From: Callorhinchus milii
Taxonomy: Eukaryota
Reading direction: 5' to 3'
NCBI RefSeq assembly: GCF_018977255.1
Contig: NW_024704743.1
Span: forward strand, 99,388,001-99,452,000
Length of the DNA: 64,000 nt
Both the position numbers and the translations under genes were made by a program. Of the stretch, positions 38,945-51,562 are shown in pieces (position 1 is the stretch's first letter; each line of letters starts with the position of its first letter). A model generated the notes under the pieces. The model worked only from the letters and a program-made list of their open reading frames with translations, did not search any database and was not told the DNA's origin.

Positions 38945-40062
38945 GCCTTATCATGTCTTTGAGGCGTCTCAAAGTGCTTCACAGAATATACTGAAAAGTG
39001 AATTGACTGTATATTTTGTGGGCGAAACGAAAAACGTTTCGACCACTGACTTGTACAACAAAGCAGCCTGGATCTTACACTTAAATCTATTTGCATGTTT
39101 CTAATCATGTTGTCCCCTAAAGCCAATTTATGGTGTTTCATTCATTTCAATGCGGGATTTTTTNCAAAAGCAATAAATACTGGATATTTCTTGATCAGCC
39201 ATGTGAGAAAACCCATCACCATGGTGAAGTAGACAGAATTCCACATATGTATGCGCTTCGAGATGCTTCCCTGGAGGAAGGGCTCCAATATAAATGGACA
39301 TTCCTATTGTCATTGTATGCACCTACTCGTGGAAATTTCCCTGTTGCTGGAATGGAAAACGCATTGTCTCTCTGGAGGGACACTGTTTGGAACTAATCCA
39401 GCAGTAAAAGATAGCTTTCAAATGTCTTCAGAAGAAGTGAAAGGTGAGAGTATTGGCGAGAGAAGCACAGCAAAGTAAATATAAAGCCACAAACGGAAAT
39501 CGCTGGGGAAAAAACACAGAAATGTCTCTTGGGCTGGGGCAAACGACTGGAAACTAAAGTCTGTCATCATATTCATCCTATTCTGTATGTCACAAGTTGA
39601 TTTTTTTTAGCTCTTTAATGGATTCCTGTGTGGTAAAACCTCTTGGGTTTTAATTTCAGCTGTTCCCACCTGCAGTCTGATATTTACACCTATTTAATTT
39701 ATTCTCCCATGTCTTATAGCTTTTCGGATGTGAACTCATTTTGATTTTCACATTTGTTTTCTTTCTGAGAGATACTGTAAACATGTCTTGGAATCAGGAT
39801 ACTCCAAAGACTGCCTGAAGAACAGCAAAATGTTATCAGATAGTCCTAAAGCCAAATGTGATGTAATGAATGAATTGGTTTGATCAACACAGCTCATCAC
39901 GCAGTACAAGTAAAATCCTTTTCATCCCCTTTATACAGAGACTGAGTAATTTAGGTGCACCCAAAAGTCAAGACCCCGGAGATTATTTTCAATTTGCCTT
40001 CTTCTGAGCAAAGATTAGGAAGACTTTAAAGCTAAGAAGATTCATTTCTGCATGAACCACTA

Positions 40063-40343
40063 TGGGGCAGAAACTGCACCTGGGTTTAGATTTATTCTTA
40101 TCTTCTTAGCATTTTCTCATTGTTCTATGAAACGCTTTGAGACTTCCTCCCGATATGAAAGGCATTATATCAGTGTAAAATTGTTGTAGTTTTTCAGAAT
40201 TTTTCAAGAAATCTTAACCTCAAAAATATCAAAACAATTTACAGAAAAACAACTTTAAAATTAAGACTGAATTTAAGAATTAGCCAAATTCTGAACTGCT
40301 AAGAAAATAGAAATAACTCGACTCAGATGGAATTTCCTCCCCT
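40063..40343. mobile_element. MITE family M1 copy with an L2/SINE tail inserted (about 40120-40190)
   Basis: GGGGCAGAAACTGCACCTGGGTTTAGATT ... CTCGACTCAGATGGAATTTCCTCCCC TIRs. Confidence 0.75.
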
Positions 40344-41324
40344 ATATTTTATTTTTTGTTGTGCGAAAACTAGTATTTGGGAATAAGAGATTTGCTTTAA
40401 CCTGATTTCTACACAGCTACATCTGGTTTTAGAAAGGAAGGCCAAAGTTCTCTTGAACTTTATGTAAGATGTTTCAATTTTATCTCTCAACACATTTCAA
40501 ATTTACCATCAAATCATCTCAGTACAGAGAAGAGAATTGATGGGTAACTTGCAGCCATCGCTGGTTATTGACAGAGAAGCAAAGGCGACAAAGCATACTG
40601 TGCAAAGTCAGCTTAGTGAGGGCGGTGATCACAAATCATTTAGTGTCTTGTCATTTCCAGATAGGAGATGGACACATAAAAGGAGGCATCCTCTTCAACA
40701 GTAAGCCTGGGGCAAGAACAAAACCTTGGAGCTGAGCTATTTTGTCAGCCTCAGTGGAGCTCTGATTCTCTGCATAAATTAGTTATAACTCCAGCAGTGT
40801 CACTGTGCCACAGCCAACGGCAAAAGCACCTGCAACATAATGGAGAGAACCAACTCAGACTACAAGCCTAAGTCCAAACACAGGGCTTAAACGTTATCCT
40901 TCTGATCCAGAGTCCAATCAACTGAGCCAAGATAATACAACACACTGGACACAATAATCTTACACTAACGTTCACAAATTAACCTTATCGACATATCATT
41001 ACTGACAAAATGGCAGCATACACTTTTGTAATTAATTTGAGTTCCTAGAAAAAAATACTTTTGAAAAATTAATCGATACTGTGCAGTTTGTTTTTCCACA
41101 AAATCAAAAATCACCCTGTGTTTAGTGCAAAAAAGACTTTGGGGTGAAAATGTGATATGTGATGTGGTTGAAGTCAAATTATAGTGGGACATTCACTCCT
41201 GGTGATGTCCCAGTCAATGACTGCCTTCGATAAATGTCCTTCACTCCTGGTGATATCCCAGTCCCATCCCATCCCTCAACATTGTTCAAGTGCCTGCCAC
41301 TGGCACAAATAGTGATCCCGAGCT

Positions 41325-41580
41325 CCCACAGATGGACATTGAAGATCCCACGGAACTATTCAAAATGAGCAGAGAGTTTTTTCAGGTGTTCTAGCCAACA
41401 ATTCCCCAAATAAAATAGGTCATTCACTTCTTGGCTGTTTGTGGGACATTGCTTAGTGTAAGTTGGCTTCTGCCAATTTTACAAATACAATCACAACACA
41501 TCACAGAAAACTTTGTGACTTTTTGTTTTGCTGTTCTTGACATTATAGGTGGTATATCAAATGCATAGATTACTATTAAT
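41325..41580 (+). mobile_element. Deu-SINE 3' portion
   Basis: AGATGGACATTGAAGATCCC...GGCTGTTTGTGGGACATTGC...TATATCAAATGCA. Confidence 0.75.
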
Positions 41581-42536
41581 AACATAAATTAGTATGGGTG
41601 GAAGTCATTTTAAATTCTGAGTGAATTGATATTTCCAGAACCATAAAATATGGCTTGCAGTTTTTCACACGATTGTTAAAGCATTTCTTTTTGCAAGAAT
41701 AATTCAATGCTCACAAGCTCCACCATATATTATAATCTTTTATTGACTTAATTTGGCAGAAATGAACCATCAGTACAAATAAATCCAATCTACAATGTGA
41801 TAGTTACAAACCAGATTTAGACATAGAACGAGAGAAAGGGACACTTTACCCATTTTTGAAAATGGAGCTAAATTGAATCACTTGATCTGCAATCTTGGAG
41901 TTCTATTACAAATGTACTGACAGGGTTGAGTACACAAAGCGTATTATACATGCATATCAGCTTGCATACCCAAGAGTTATTGTTCAATGTCAGGAATGTC
42001 TGCTGTTCATCAGCAAATGTTTGAAGGCTGTAGCAGTGAGCAGCCCCCAGTGACGGAGCTAGTTTCCTGAACCAGTGAAGAACTGTTAACTCTCTGTCAA
42101 AACCGACAGAGGGACAAATCAGTTTCTTATCAGACATGTTTTCCACTATTAGTAAGTAGCAGAAAAATGCATCACATTATGGCTGGAAAAATACAACTCG
42201 TGATGTTATCATTGGTGAAAATATTGACCCCTTCCCCCTATAATTCTGTAGAAATAATAAAGTTTATTTTATTTGCAGTTATAATTTTATCTCAGGGTAG
42301 AGTAAAGGTCTTGTGGGTGAGTTGGCCTGACACATAAAATGCACTTGAAGTCTTAAGAAGCTTTTTCTGATATTCAGGCATTATATATAGTGCCATTTTC
42401 CCAATAAGCATTTTGTCAATCTCACTTTTCCAAACTCTCTTCCCATCCAACCTTTTATCTGTTAGAGAGGATAAAACATTTGCCCCTTCAGCTGGGATTC
42501 ACAATAGAAATGTTAGGCAGAATGAAACTATTAGAG

Positions 42537-42676
42537 AAAAAAACGCAAAATACTGCAGATGCTGGAAATCTAAAACAGAAACAGAAGTCGCTGGGAACAG
42601 TCAGCAGGTCAGACAGCGTCTACGGAGAAAGGAAAGTGAGTCAACATTTCGGGTCCACAACCATTCGTCAGAACTC
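42537..42676 (-). mobile_element. Penelope-like element terminal (pseudo-LTR) fragment
   Basis: AAAATACTGCAGATGCTGGAAATC...CAGCAGGTCAG...TTTCGGGTC...TTCGTCAGAACT resembles a common chondrichthyan PLE-derived repeat (from recall) and carries a hammerhead core on the minus strand. Confidence 0.75.
42638..42676 (-). ncRNA. Minimal type I hammerhead ribozyme motif (probably degenerate)
   Basis: GAGUU-CUGACGA-AUGGUUGUGGACCC-GAAA-UGUU-GACUC: both core boxes, helix I GAGUU/GACUC, helix II GGUU/GACC. Confidence 0.7.
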
Positions 42677-43786
42677 TTGTTAGATATTGCTTAATGTTTG
42701 CTAATGCAGAACAAGAAAAGATTGAAGAAGATTAGAATACAACAGCCCTTTAAAGCATTCCGATCTTCTCTGGGCACAGACCGGATGGGGTTGGGAGATT
42801 ACATGCTCTAACTGAGCATTTGTGAACAAATGTCACATTGACATGAAGTCAGTTCATCAGCATTAATTGACTGGACATTGTAAAGGTCAGGAAAAGCGTG
42901 AAACTTTTCTTTGTAAATTTACTAAGAAAAGACCATGAAGATAATGAGAATTCTAACATTATAATTGCCATCTCCCACCTTGCTTTGTGTTCCCACTTTG
43001 CCTCCGTAAATCACTTTGCTATGTAATCTGACATGAAAGGCACTATGTCAAATGCAAGGAATATTATTATTATTATTATTAATAAGAATAAAATAACAGT
43101 GCTAGAATCCTGAGAGGAAGGAACCTGAAGAAGGGCTTCAGCTACTGGTGATTCTTAAAGCATACCTTAAATAAGATAAGAAATTCTTTAACGAATGCCG
43201 CAAATATTTAATCCCATTCTAAGCCTAAATTATTGTTGTAGTCCTAGATGTGGTACTCAAGAATTATTGTAATGAAACAGCTAAAGTAACAATAAATAAG
43301 ATTATTTATAACCTGTCTCTATATTTCATTTCCCTCGTCTGAAATAAAATTATAGTGTAAGCCACTGTGTGTTGAAAAAATGCCAAACAAATTAACTGCA
43401 CAAAAGCCCTTTCACAGGAAGGTTTAAAATGATTTTGTTTGACTGTCTGTTGTCAGTGTAAATGACAGTATGCGCCATCTGCTTTTATATGACTATAAAC
43501 ATTGAGCTCTGAATTCACTATGCTAATGTTTTCATTCCAACTTACTGAAGACAAATATATAGTTGTAGTTTTGTTGCTTGGGGTGTAACTGATTCAACAG
43601 ATCAACGAAATGGCTCTTGAATTCAATCATTACTAATCCTCCAGGAGACTCATATATTTAATCACAATCCAAAGTTTAAAGATTCAAAAACTCTTGGGAA
43701 AGGCACCAAACAGGAATGTTCTTTTGTTGTGTAGCTGAAAGGGATAAAATTAGTCATGTATGTTACTGTAGACCGTCCAACAATAT

Positions 43787-43912
43787 AAACAACTTGCATC
43801 CATATAGTGCCCTTCATGTAGGGTAATGTCTCAGAGCATTTCACAAGGATGGGCAAAGAGACCAGGTGAGGAGGTGGGGGAAGAGGAAAGGTATGGTCAA
43901 AGAGGAAGGGTT
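43787..43912 (-). mobile_element. L2 3' tail remnant
   Basis: AACAACTTGCATCCATATAGTGCCCTTC...TCTCAGAGC...GGTCAAAGAG. Confidence 0.7.
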
Positions 43913-45089
43913 TCTATATTGTATTTATAAATTAAATTGCCATTAACATTACATGATTTCAAGTTAGTTTTGAATTACTTAGAGATGTGTTAAGGAGAGA
44001 AAGACATTAACCAAAACAAACTGACTTGTTAATGTTCAAGAAAAGTATCAGTGGCACAGCGCTGGAACATTTCATTATGAATCGAAATAAGATTCCAACT
44101 TCAAAGGGAAATCCTTTGCACTACTTTGAAAGCTCATTTTAGCAGAAAGAAAGATTTAATTTGAAGAAGAGCAGACCCTGCATAATAGCTGTTAAAGAAG
44201 CAGTCTCACACCACTCATTGATTGTTTGGGCGCTTATATTCCTGCAGGAGAGGTGCCTATGATCTATGTGTCACATGGACGTAAATGGACGCAAACCTTC
44301 TGAGGAGTGGAAAGCCCTGTGTGGGAGGAAAAAAATGAAGCACTGGCGTTGCAGTTTCAAAAAGGACTTTCATCTGAAGTCTGTAGTTATTTAAATAGGA
44401 TGAAAATTCACTTCAATGCTTTAAGGAAAGCATCAAAAAGGAGTTTATTTTGTCTTGTAAATAGGCTTAGTACAGTAGCACATCTCTTTTTAGATAGAGC
44501 TTTGGAATGTGGCGTATGAGCAAATAATATGCACTGTGCAGAAGAATTAGCGTGCGGGGGTAATTATTAATTGCCCTTAGGACATTCACTCAGTTTGATC
44601 ACAGGATAAGTAGTCCGTAGGTGGGAATTGTAGCTAATATGTGAGGATAAGGTGCTGAAAAACCTGTAAACTGTAATATGGGCAATTTAGAATGGAGTAG
44701 GATTTCAAGGCTATATGTATAATAATGTGATTACCGTTGCATATTGCTAGAATGACTCAATTGGCAACTGGACATTGACGATGAGAAGCAAGCAAGCATA
44801 AAAGGATTCAGGGAAAGTGTCTGGGCAGATTGTGAAAGAGAGTGGAAATGTAACGTTTAACTAAAGGAACCAGTAAATCCAAACTCTCTTTTGGATTTAG
44901 CTCCTTCCCTAAACAAAACAAATTTGTACCAAATCTTTAGTTAACCCTTAAATTTACCTGAATATAATACAGATCTTCCTTCTCACAACCTGGCCACTTT
45001 TTTGAAGTGAAACATTAGAAAAGTCCTGGCTCTTGCCATTCTATGCCTAATATTCTCTGGAATTAGTCAAGCAAGGTGCAGTCCTCCAT

Positions 45090-45250
45090 CCGGGGAGAGA
45101 GTTGACATTCCATTCCAGAAATGAGACTTTCTATGGTGGGTGCATGGAACTCTCAGTTTGGTTTGGATACTCTGAAGCATGGTGATGGGTTTCTGCATAT
45201 GTCCAGGTTTTGCTTTGGTCAGCAGGGTGTAGCTGACCAAAGCAAAACCT
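45090..45250 (-). repeat. Family U fragment
   Basis: CATTCCATTCCA...TGCATGGAACTCTCAGTTTGGTTTGGATACTC...CATGGTGATGGGTTTCTGCAT. Confidence 0.8.
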
Positions 45251-45659
45251 GGACTCATTGTAGTGCCAAACATTCAATCAAACCACGGTCGAATCATCCG
45301 CATACCTGCCTCAACTTTGGCATGCAAGGTTTAAGAGATTACAAGCAAATGCTTTCTTGCCTCTATTTCAAGGTACTAATGATAAAATTAATTAGAATTT
45401 TAAATCTGACATTTAACTTGTACTATAAATTAATGAGATAGCTCATGAATGCAGTAATTACAGCTGCTCCACCAGCTTCCCATGCTTTACTTATTCTAAT
45501 CCATTATGCCTGAGGCAAATTAGGACTGTGATTGGGAATTTTGTTCAGTTATCCTCAACTGCTGCACATTCCAGCAATTTGCTGATCCCAAATATGTTGT
45601 ATTGTATCATTTGAATGTCTTAGTCAGAATTTATATATGCATAAGAGATCATATACAGA

Positions 45660-46099
45660 TGTCAGCCTGACTCAGTTGATAGCACTCTCATCACTGACTC
45701 TGAAGTTTGTGGGTTTACTTCACGACTTTGAACTCACATACATAGTCTCAGCTGACACTCTAATGCATTTATAGGGTGTGCTGCATTGCTGGAGATACAG
45801 TCCTTCAGATGAGATTTTAAACCAAGGTCCCGTCTGCCTGTTCAGGTGGATGATAAAAATTCCATAACACTATTCGAAAAGAGAAGGGAGTTTCTCCCAG
45901 GAGCCTGGCCAGTAATCCTCCCAAATAAAATTGATCATTCACTTCATGGCTGTTTGTGGAACATTGCTATGTGGAAACTGGCTGTTGTGTTCTTTACGAA
46001 GTACACAGTTACTACACTTAACAGTAAGTCCTGTGAATAACTTTGAGACATTATCTCAACATAAAATCTGCTATATCATATGCAAGTATTAGTTTTATT
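45660..46099 (+). mobile_element. Older Deu-domain SINE, full length
   Basis: TGTCAGCCTGACTCAGTTG head; CAGATGAGATTTTAAACCAAGGTCCCGTCTGCCTGTTCAGGTGGATG core; tail. Confidence 0.88.
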
Positions 46100-46189
46100 A
46101 AATATGTGGTATGCATGCTTCTCAACTCAGCTCTAGCCATTTCTTAACTAAGATAAGTACCAGTGTCTAAAATACATAATGAGAGAGCT

Positions 46190-46525
46190 CCTGTTAATCC
46201 TGCAAGACAAAGCCCTAACGCATAGGGTGTTCCTAGCTGGACAAGCAGTGGGAAAGCTTGCTAAGCAGTGCTCTTAATGACGAGCTATGTGGTTTTAACT
46301 GGTTAGACTTCCAGTAGTATTCTAACTCACCCTCTGGGGTCTGGAATTAGGTAAGTAGAACACGTCCCTCCTGGGAGAGAGTGCGCATTCCATTCCAATA
46401 AATCTCTCTGGAATTTCCACATGTAGGTGGAATGCATGGAATTCTCAGTTTGGTTCGGATACTCTTAAACATGGTGGTGGGTTTCTGCATGTGTCAGACA
46501 CCCGGCAGACCCAAATAAAAATGAA
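46190..46525 (-). repeat. Family U copy (about half)
   Basis: TCCTGTTAATCCTG...CAGTGGGAAAGCTTG...TTTTAACTGGTTAGACT...GCATTCCATTCC...TGCATGTGTCAGA. Confidence 0.85.
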
Positions 46526-46690
46526 ACCACATTGTGTCATGAGTGGTTATGCTACTAGCTTGCTACTCCTTTGACATAAATTAATGGATTACAATTGCAT
46601 CCTATTTCTGTAACTTACTAATATTACAGTCACTTCAGATATCATGATTCAGACTCGAACCATAAAGCTGAAGCACATAACCTCCACATT

Positions 46691-47010
46691 GTGGAGCTCC
46701 TGTAGCTCAGTGGTTAGAGAACTCGCTTTGCAAGCGAGAGACCTGAGTTCAATTCCAGGCAGGGCGAAACCTTGGGCAAGTTTCCTTACTCCACACGCCT
46801 AATAATAATCCCTCCAAAAACAAAACAATAATAAATTGGTCATTTTCAATCCACTCCTGTTGGTGGGACATTGTTGTGCCCAATTGGCTGCCACGTTCAC
46901 CCACAAATATACAGTCAATTCACTTTACAGTATATTCTGTGAAGCGCTTTGGGATGTCTAGAAGACGTGAAAAGCCCTATATCAAATGCAAGGATTATTA
47001 TTATTATTAT
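46691..47010 (+). mobile_element. Young tRNA-Ala(TGC)-derived SINE, full length
   Basis: A box, anticodon arm CTCGC-TTTGCAA-GCGAG, B box GAGTTCAATTCC, body and L2-like tail with (ATT)n; no acceptor stem. Confidence 0.95.
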
Positions 47011-47129
47011 AACTTCTTTACCTAAAGCTTGAGAAAAGGAGTGAGATTCTCAAATGCATACCTGCTGCTTCCCTCAGAAGGCTTTGTATGAAGACAGGAA
47101 AAAAACATTATGATAGCATGCATCTTTGG

Positions 47130-47521
47130 CTGTCAGATATCAGATTGTCTCAGTTGTTACTTGTCTCTGGGTAAGAAGATGTGGGTTCAAGCCCTGCGTT
47201 AGGATTTGAACTTAGATTCCAGGCTGACACTTTGGGGGAATACTCCTTTGTTAGAGGTGCCATCCTTCTGATGATACCAAGTCAAGTGAACGTTAAAGAT
47301 CTCTTGAAAAGAGAGGAGAGTTTCTCCTCGTGTCCTGTCCAACAGTCTTCCAGGTTAATCTGTCACTCAATTTATTGCTGTTTATGGGACAATGCTGTAT
47401 GCAAAACGGCTGCCACATTCGCTTACCAATATAGTCACTAAACTCTACACTGATTATCTGTTCTGTGTCTTGTGATGTATCAATGTTATAGGAACTGTAT
47501 CAAATGGTATTATTATTATTT
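47130..47521 (+). mobile_element. Degenerate Deu-domain SINE
   Basis: GTGGGTTCAAGCCC, AGGCTGACACT, AGAGGTGCCATCCTT and (ATT)n tail. Confidence 0.75.
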
Positions 47522-48480
47522 TGTCTGTCAATCAGAAATAACCAGAGAAGTCGCTAGCCATCTTTTGCATTCCTCCAATGTCAATTTTCCAAGGTCTATC
47601 ACGATAGTGTTGAGAGTAATTAAATATAGCTTCACCTTACAACAATAGAAGGAGGCTTATTTATAAACCTTGAGATGTCTTTTGTCTTCATTTACCTGTG
47701 ATCAGACACCAAGACCACTAATAAGGATTAACCCTTCTTTTTCAACAGCCTTTAATTTTATCTGGAAAATGCAACACAATATGCAGTCCGAATTATCACT
47801 TGGCAGAGCAAGGGGTAACTCAAACACTCAGCACACTAACATTTCAAAATGTTACACTTCACATCTGCATTCTAGCTAATTGTTTACACCAATTCAGCCC
47901 TGCTTGGTCACAGAGTAAACGATTATCCTGCGCTACTCTTTGTGTGACATTCCCTGTTGTTGAAGTGATGGACGTCAATCCTGGAGAATGGAGTTTTTCC
48001 CTGCTTTGGCATCAGTGTCAGTATCAAGCACTCCACAGGTCAGGCAGTTGGCAGTTCACTTTAGCACCCCCACAGTGTGTCTCAACCCATATGCACCAGT
48101 ATGATATTTCCACTCACCACACACTCTCCTTGTGAGTCCCAATTAGTGCTTAATCATGGGAAGTTCTAAGCTATAGATGTCATGCTTCATAGGAGGCAAG
48201 TTTAGACTATTCACTGGACTATGAAGGTCTTTACTAATGGATATGTGCAAATTGGCTGCCGCATTCGCCTACAAATTATACAGCCAATACCCTATACACT
48301 GTATCCAATTGCACTTCAAGCTCTTCCTCTACGACCTCTCCTTTCTCACCGCTCAGCTTCAAATTCTGCAGGTGTTATACTTTCAGAGATACTACCATGC
48401 ATGAAGGGCATAAAAGCAATTTGCTGTTGTATCCTGTGAGACACTTTGTAAATATGTGTAAATATGTGTTTGGTAGATGA

Positions 48481-48640
48481 CTCACACTGGAAGTGCTGGA
48501 AATGTTGGAGGATGATGTGCTGAATCTTGAGGCTGGTGGGGTGGTAGGTAAGGACTAAGGGAACCCTATCACGGTTCCGGGATGGGGGGGAAGGGGTGAG
48601 GGCAGAGGTGCGGGGAATAGGGCGGACACGATAAAGGGTG
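48481..48640 (-). mobile_element. Penelope-like element ORF fragment
   Basis: Open minus-strand frame RVRPIPRTSALTPSPPSRNRDRVPLVLTYHPTSLKIQHIILQHFQHFQ; the PLVLTYHP motif is characteristic of the PLE region between RT and GIY-YIG. Confidence 0.8.
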
Positions 48641-48698
48641 GATTGGGCATAGATTATTTAAATATCAAGCTTTGGTGAAAAAAGTAAGCTTTTTCTGT

Positions 48699-48837
48699 CT
48701 TCCTTCCTTCCTTCCTTCCTTCCTTCCTTCCTTCCTTCCTTCCTTCCTTCCTTCCTTCCTTCCTTCCTTCCTTCCTTCCTTCTTTCCTTCCTTCCTTCCT
48801 TCCTTGCTTCCTTGCTTCCTTCCTTCCTTCCTTTCTT
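48699..48837 (+). repeat. (TTCC)n microsatellite
   Basis: Long near-perfect CTTC/TTCC run read directly. Confidence 0.98.
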
Positions 48838-49984
48838 TAAGCCACTTTTTCTTTAAGCCACTTAGAAAAGAAAGCTTTATTATTTCAATAAATTTATAGC
48901 CAGCACTGCTGTTATTCTCAAAGTTTCCCTCCAATGGTTTGACCTTGGCAGCACTGGGTGCTTTGTGTCTGCATTTGACAATGCTGTGAAAAACACTAAG
49001 AAATTGCATCATCTGTCTTTACATCTACTGCAAGATGATTTCCCCAGGTCTATGAATGATAAAGCACAACAGAAAAAGAAACAAAAGCCAGAAATGACTG
49101 GAGACTTTTTTGTTTCTTTGAGTGGGCCCCATGTTTGGCAATGAAAATGTTCATTGCCATAAGAGTGAAATAGACGTCACAAATTGTTCACAGTAGCTCC
49201 CGTAATGGCAGCGATGGGTGGAGGAGTAGAACAGAAGAAGATTGCAGAAGTGGAGTTTGATAAAAATGTGGAGGATTTAAAAGGACAAGGATCATAAAGT
49301 TAATCTTTTCGCACATAAAGAGACAGTGGATTCTGTTAGCCAAGGGGTGATAGATAAACATATGGATGTTCTGGAGCTTGTGGAGGGTTTAGCTGGTAAG
49401 GACAGTGAGGAGGGCTTCAAGAATTAAAATCTGGAGATAATGAAGGATGAAGACTTGACAATATGAAGAGAACACCTAGTTTTGCTCTTTAAACAGAAGT
49501 GCGTGCTCCAAGACATAGTCATGTATAACCCTTTGGTACTCCCTAACAAAGCCTTTATATTATTAAAATGCTCTGTGCTTTGGAGTTACATATGAAACTT
49601 TTTAACTGATTTTTCCAATTTTGCTATTAAGTTAGAAGACTACTGTTTGTCAACAGAATGACACACAAGTGCATAATTTTGATTGTATTGTAAATCAAGT
49701 GATATGCTTAAGTTGACTAGAACACAATGTTTTCAAAGCTCTAGGCAGTTGACACAGTTAAAATGTTAAAATATTTATAATTTGCTCTAAAAGACACTAC
49801 TCATTTGAATCACCAGAGAGAAAGCACAATATTATTGTTACAGGTTTTCAAATCCCAGGCCAATACCACTATTAAAAATATAAAAAAGACGATGATATCT
49901 AGTTTGCCTAAATGAAAAATCTGTGAAACGTTATTCTGTCTTTTATTTACTAAAAGTATATCAGTCTAATAAAGAATGTTACTT

Positions 49985-50360
49985 TATCCTCACACTTGTT
50001 TTCAAATCCCTTCATGCCCTGGCACCTTCCTATCTCTCCGACATGCTTACCCCACCACCCCACAACCCACTGCCTCTGCTTGACTGGATCCGGCCCTTTG
50101 TATGTCCCCCGTGCCCTCCGTTCCACCATTGGTGGTCGCGCTTTCAGCCACTACGCCCCGAAACTCTGGAACACTCTTCCTCTATCCCTCTGCCTTGCCC
50201 CTTCCTTTCCCATCTTTAGGTCGCGCCTGAAGACCTTCCTATTCAACCGTGCTATGGTCAGCCCACCCTCCCCCCCGGCTCGGCATCATGCTCTGCCACT
50301 GCCAAGCACTCTGAGACGCTGCCCTGTGTGAGGGATGCTATAAATACAAGTTGCTGTTAC
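49985..50360 (+). mobile_element. L2 3' fragment
   Basis: ILTLVFKSLHALAPSYLSD and STIGGRAFSHYAPKLWNTLP peptides; tail. Confidence 0.9.
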
Positions 50361-50724
50361 TATATACAGTGTATTCTATTTACCAACCAATGCACAGTCA
50401 CTGCACATCCTGCACATTACAGTAAATTCTGTGAAGTTCTTTGAGACATCCTCCCGACATGCTAAAGCGCTATATCAAATGCAAGGATTATTACTATATT
50501 CAGAGGCACTTGGGAATTATTCAATAGGTTTCATGTACAATCAAAACTATGCATGATACAAAATATAATCTCAAACTGACAACACTATCATGAGGATTAT
50601 TATTCAAAACAAATAAGTTATCATAAAATGTTTGGAATATATGTTGTGTTATTTTATTTTGTATCACAGATATCAAAGTCCATGGAATATATTTTGTTAT
50701 TTGGTCAGGAAATTTTACCGTTTG

Positions 50725-51035
50725 GTTTCTGTTAACCCTGCAAGTCAAAGTCCTAATGGGTAGCGTGGTCCTAGCTGGACAAGTAATGCAAAACTTGCCA
50801 GACAGTACTCTCAGTGGGAAGTTATAGGATTTTAACTGGTCAAACTGAAGCATTACTCCACAGCATACTCTGGGGTCCCCATGTCTTGGATCTTACAGCC
50901 TGTGTCTAACACAGCCATGGGGAGAGAATGCAATTTCCATGCCAACGTGGAACTCGCAGTGTATACGAGCAGTGTATACTTTTTAAGCATTTGATGGGTT
51001 TTCGCATGTGTCAGACGCCAGGATAACCAAACAAA
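50725..51035 (-). repeat. Family U copy
   Basis: CTGTTAACCCTGCAAG...TCCTAGCTGGACAAG...TTTTAACTGGTCAAACT...GCATGTGTCAGAC. Confidence 0.8.
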
Positions 51036-51562
51036 AAAAAATTACGCGCATGACCCATTAAAGACCAATATCAGTGAGATTATATGAAGGATACTGTACT
51101 ACCATGTCCACACGATAAGAATCACATCAGACACGTGTGGTTTTATCCATATGATTTTTCACTAGAAACAAATCCAGTAATACAATACTGTGAGCGATAT
51201 ACTACTATTATTACAAAAAAACATTGCTTGTTCAAAGTGGGAAAACGGATGCAAAATGCATTTTTAAAGTATGAAAGAGTGACATTGAATTGATTATTTT
51301 ACAATCATGGAATAGCACATCTGCTAGTTAAGGTGGTGAGGCTTTCAGGATCTGACCTGTCATTGAAGTCTTTTTGTTCTTATGATGTGAGTCCATAGAA
51401 ACGTGCTCAGCTTTGTGAGTGTCTGCGAGTGATAGTTTTGCATGTAGGTGTAATAATCTTCACTGCTATAAAATATCACTGATAAAAATGCTAAAATAAT
51501 AGTAATTCTGCTACAATAAATGTTCTTCATAGCCAATAGAATTTTATTAAACAGCAATGTCA

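Noticed and set aside
39030..39045. AACGTTTCGACC as a hammerhead half
   Set aside because: No TC-TCAG partner box nearby; too short to call
39164..39164. Ambiguous base N
   Set aside because: Assembly ambiguity, not a biological feature
41192..41263. CRISPR-like 24-bp repeat, 24-bp spacer, repeat (TTCACTCCTGGTGATRTCCCAGTC)
   Set aside because: Only two units, vertebrate context and no cas genes; a small local duplication
46691..46765. tRNA-Ala(TGC) gene (also heads at 13952, 17332, 25169, 26422)
   Set aside because: No acceptor stem, and always fused to the same body and L2-type tail, so these are SINE heads
48665..49012. ORFs with KEGR or PSFL repeats
   Set aside because: Translations of the (TTCC)n microsatellite
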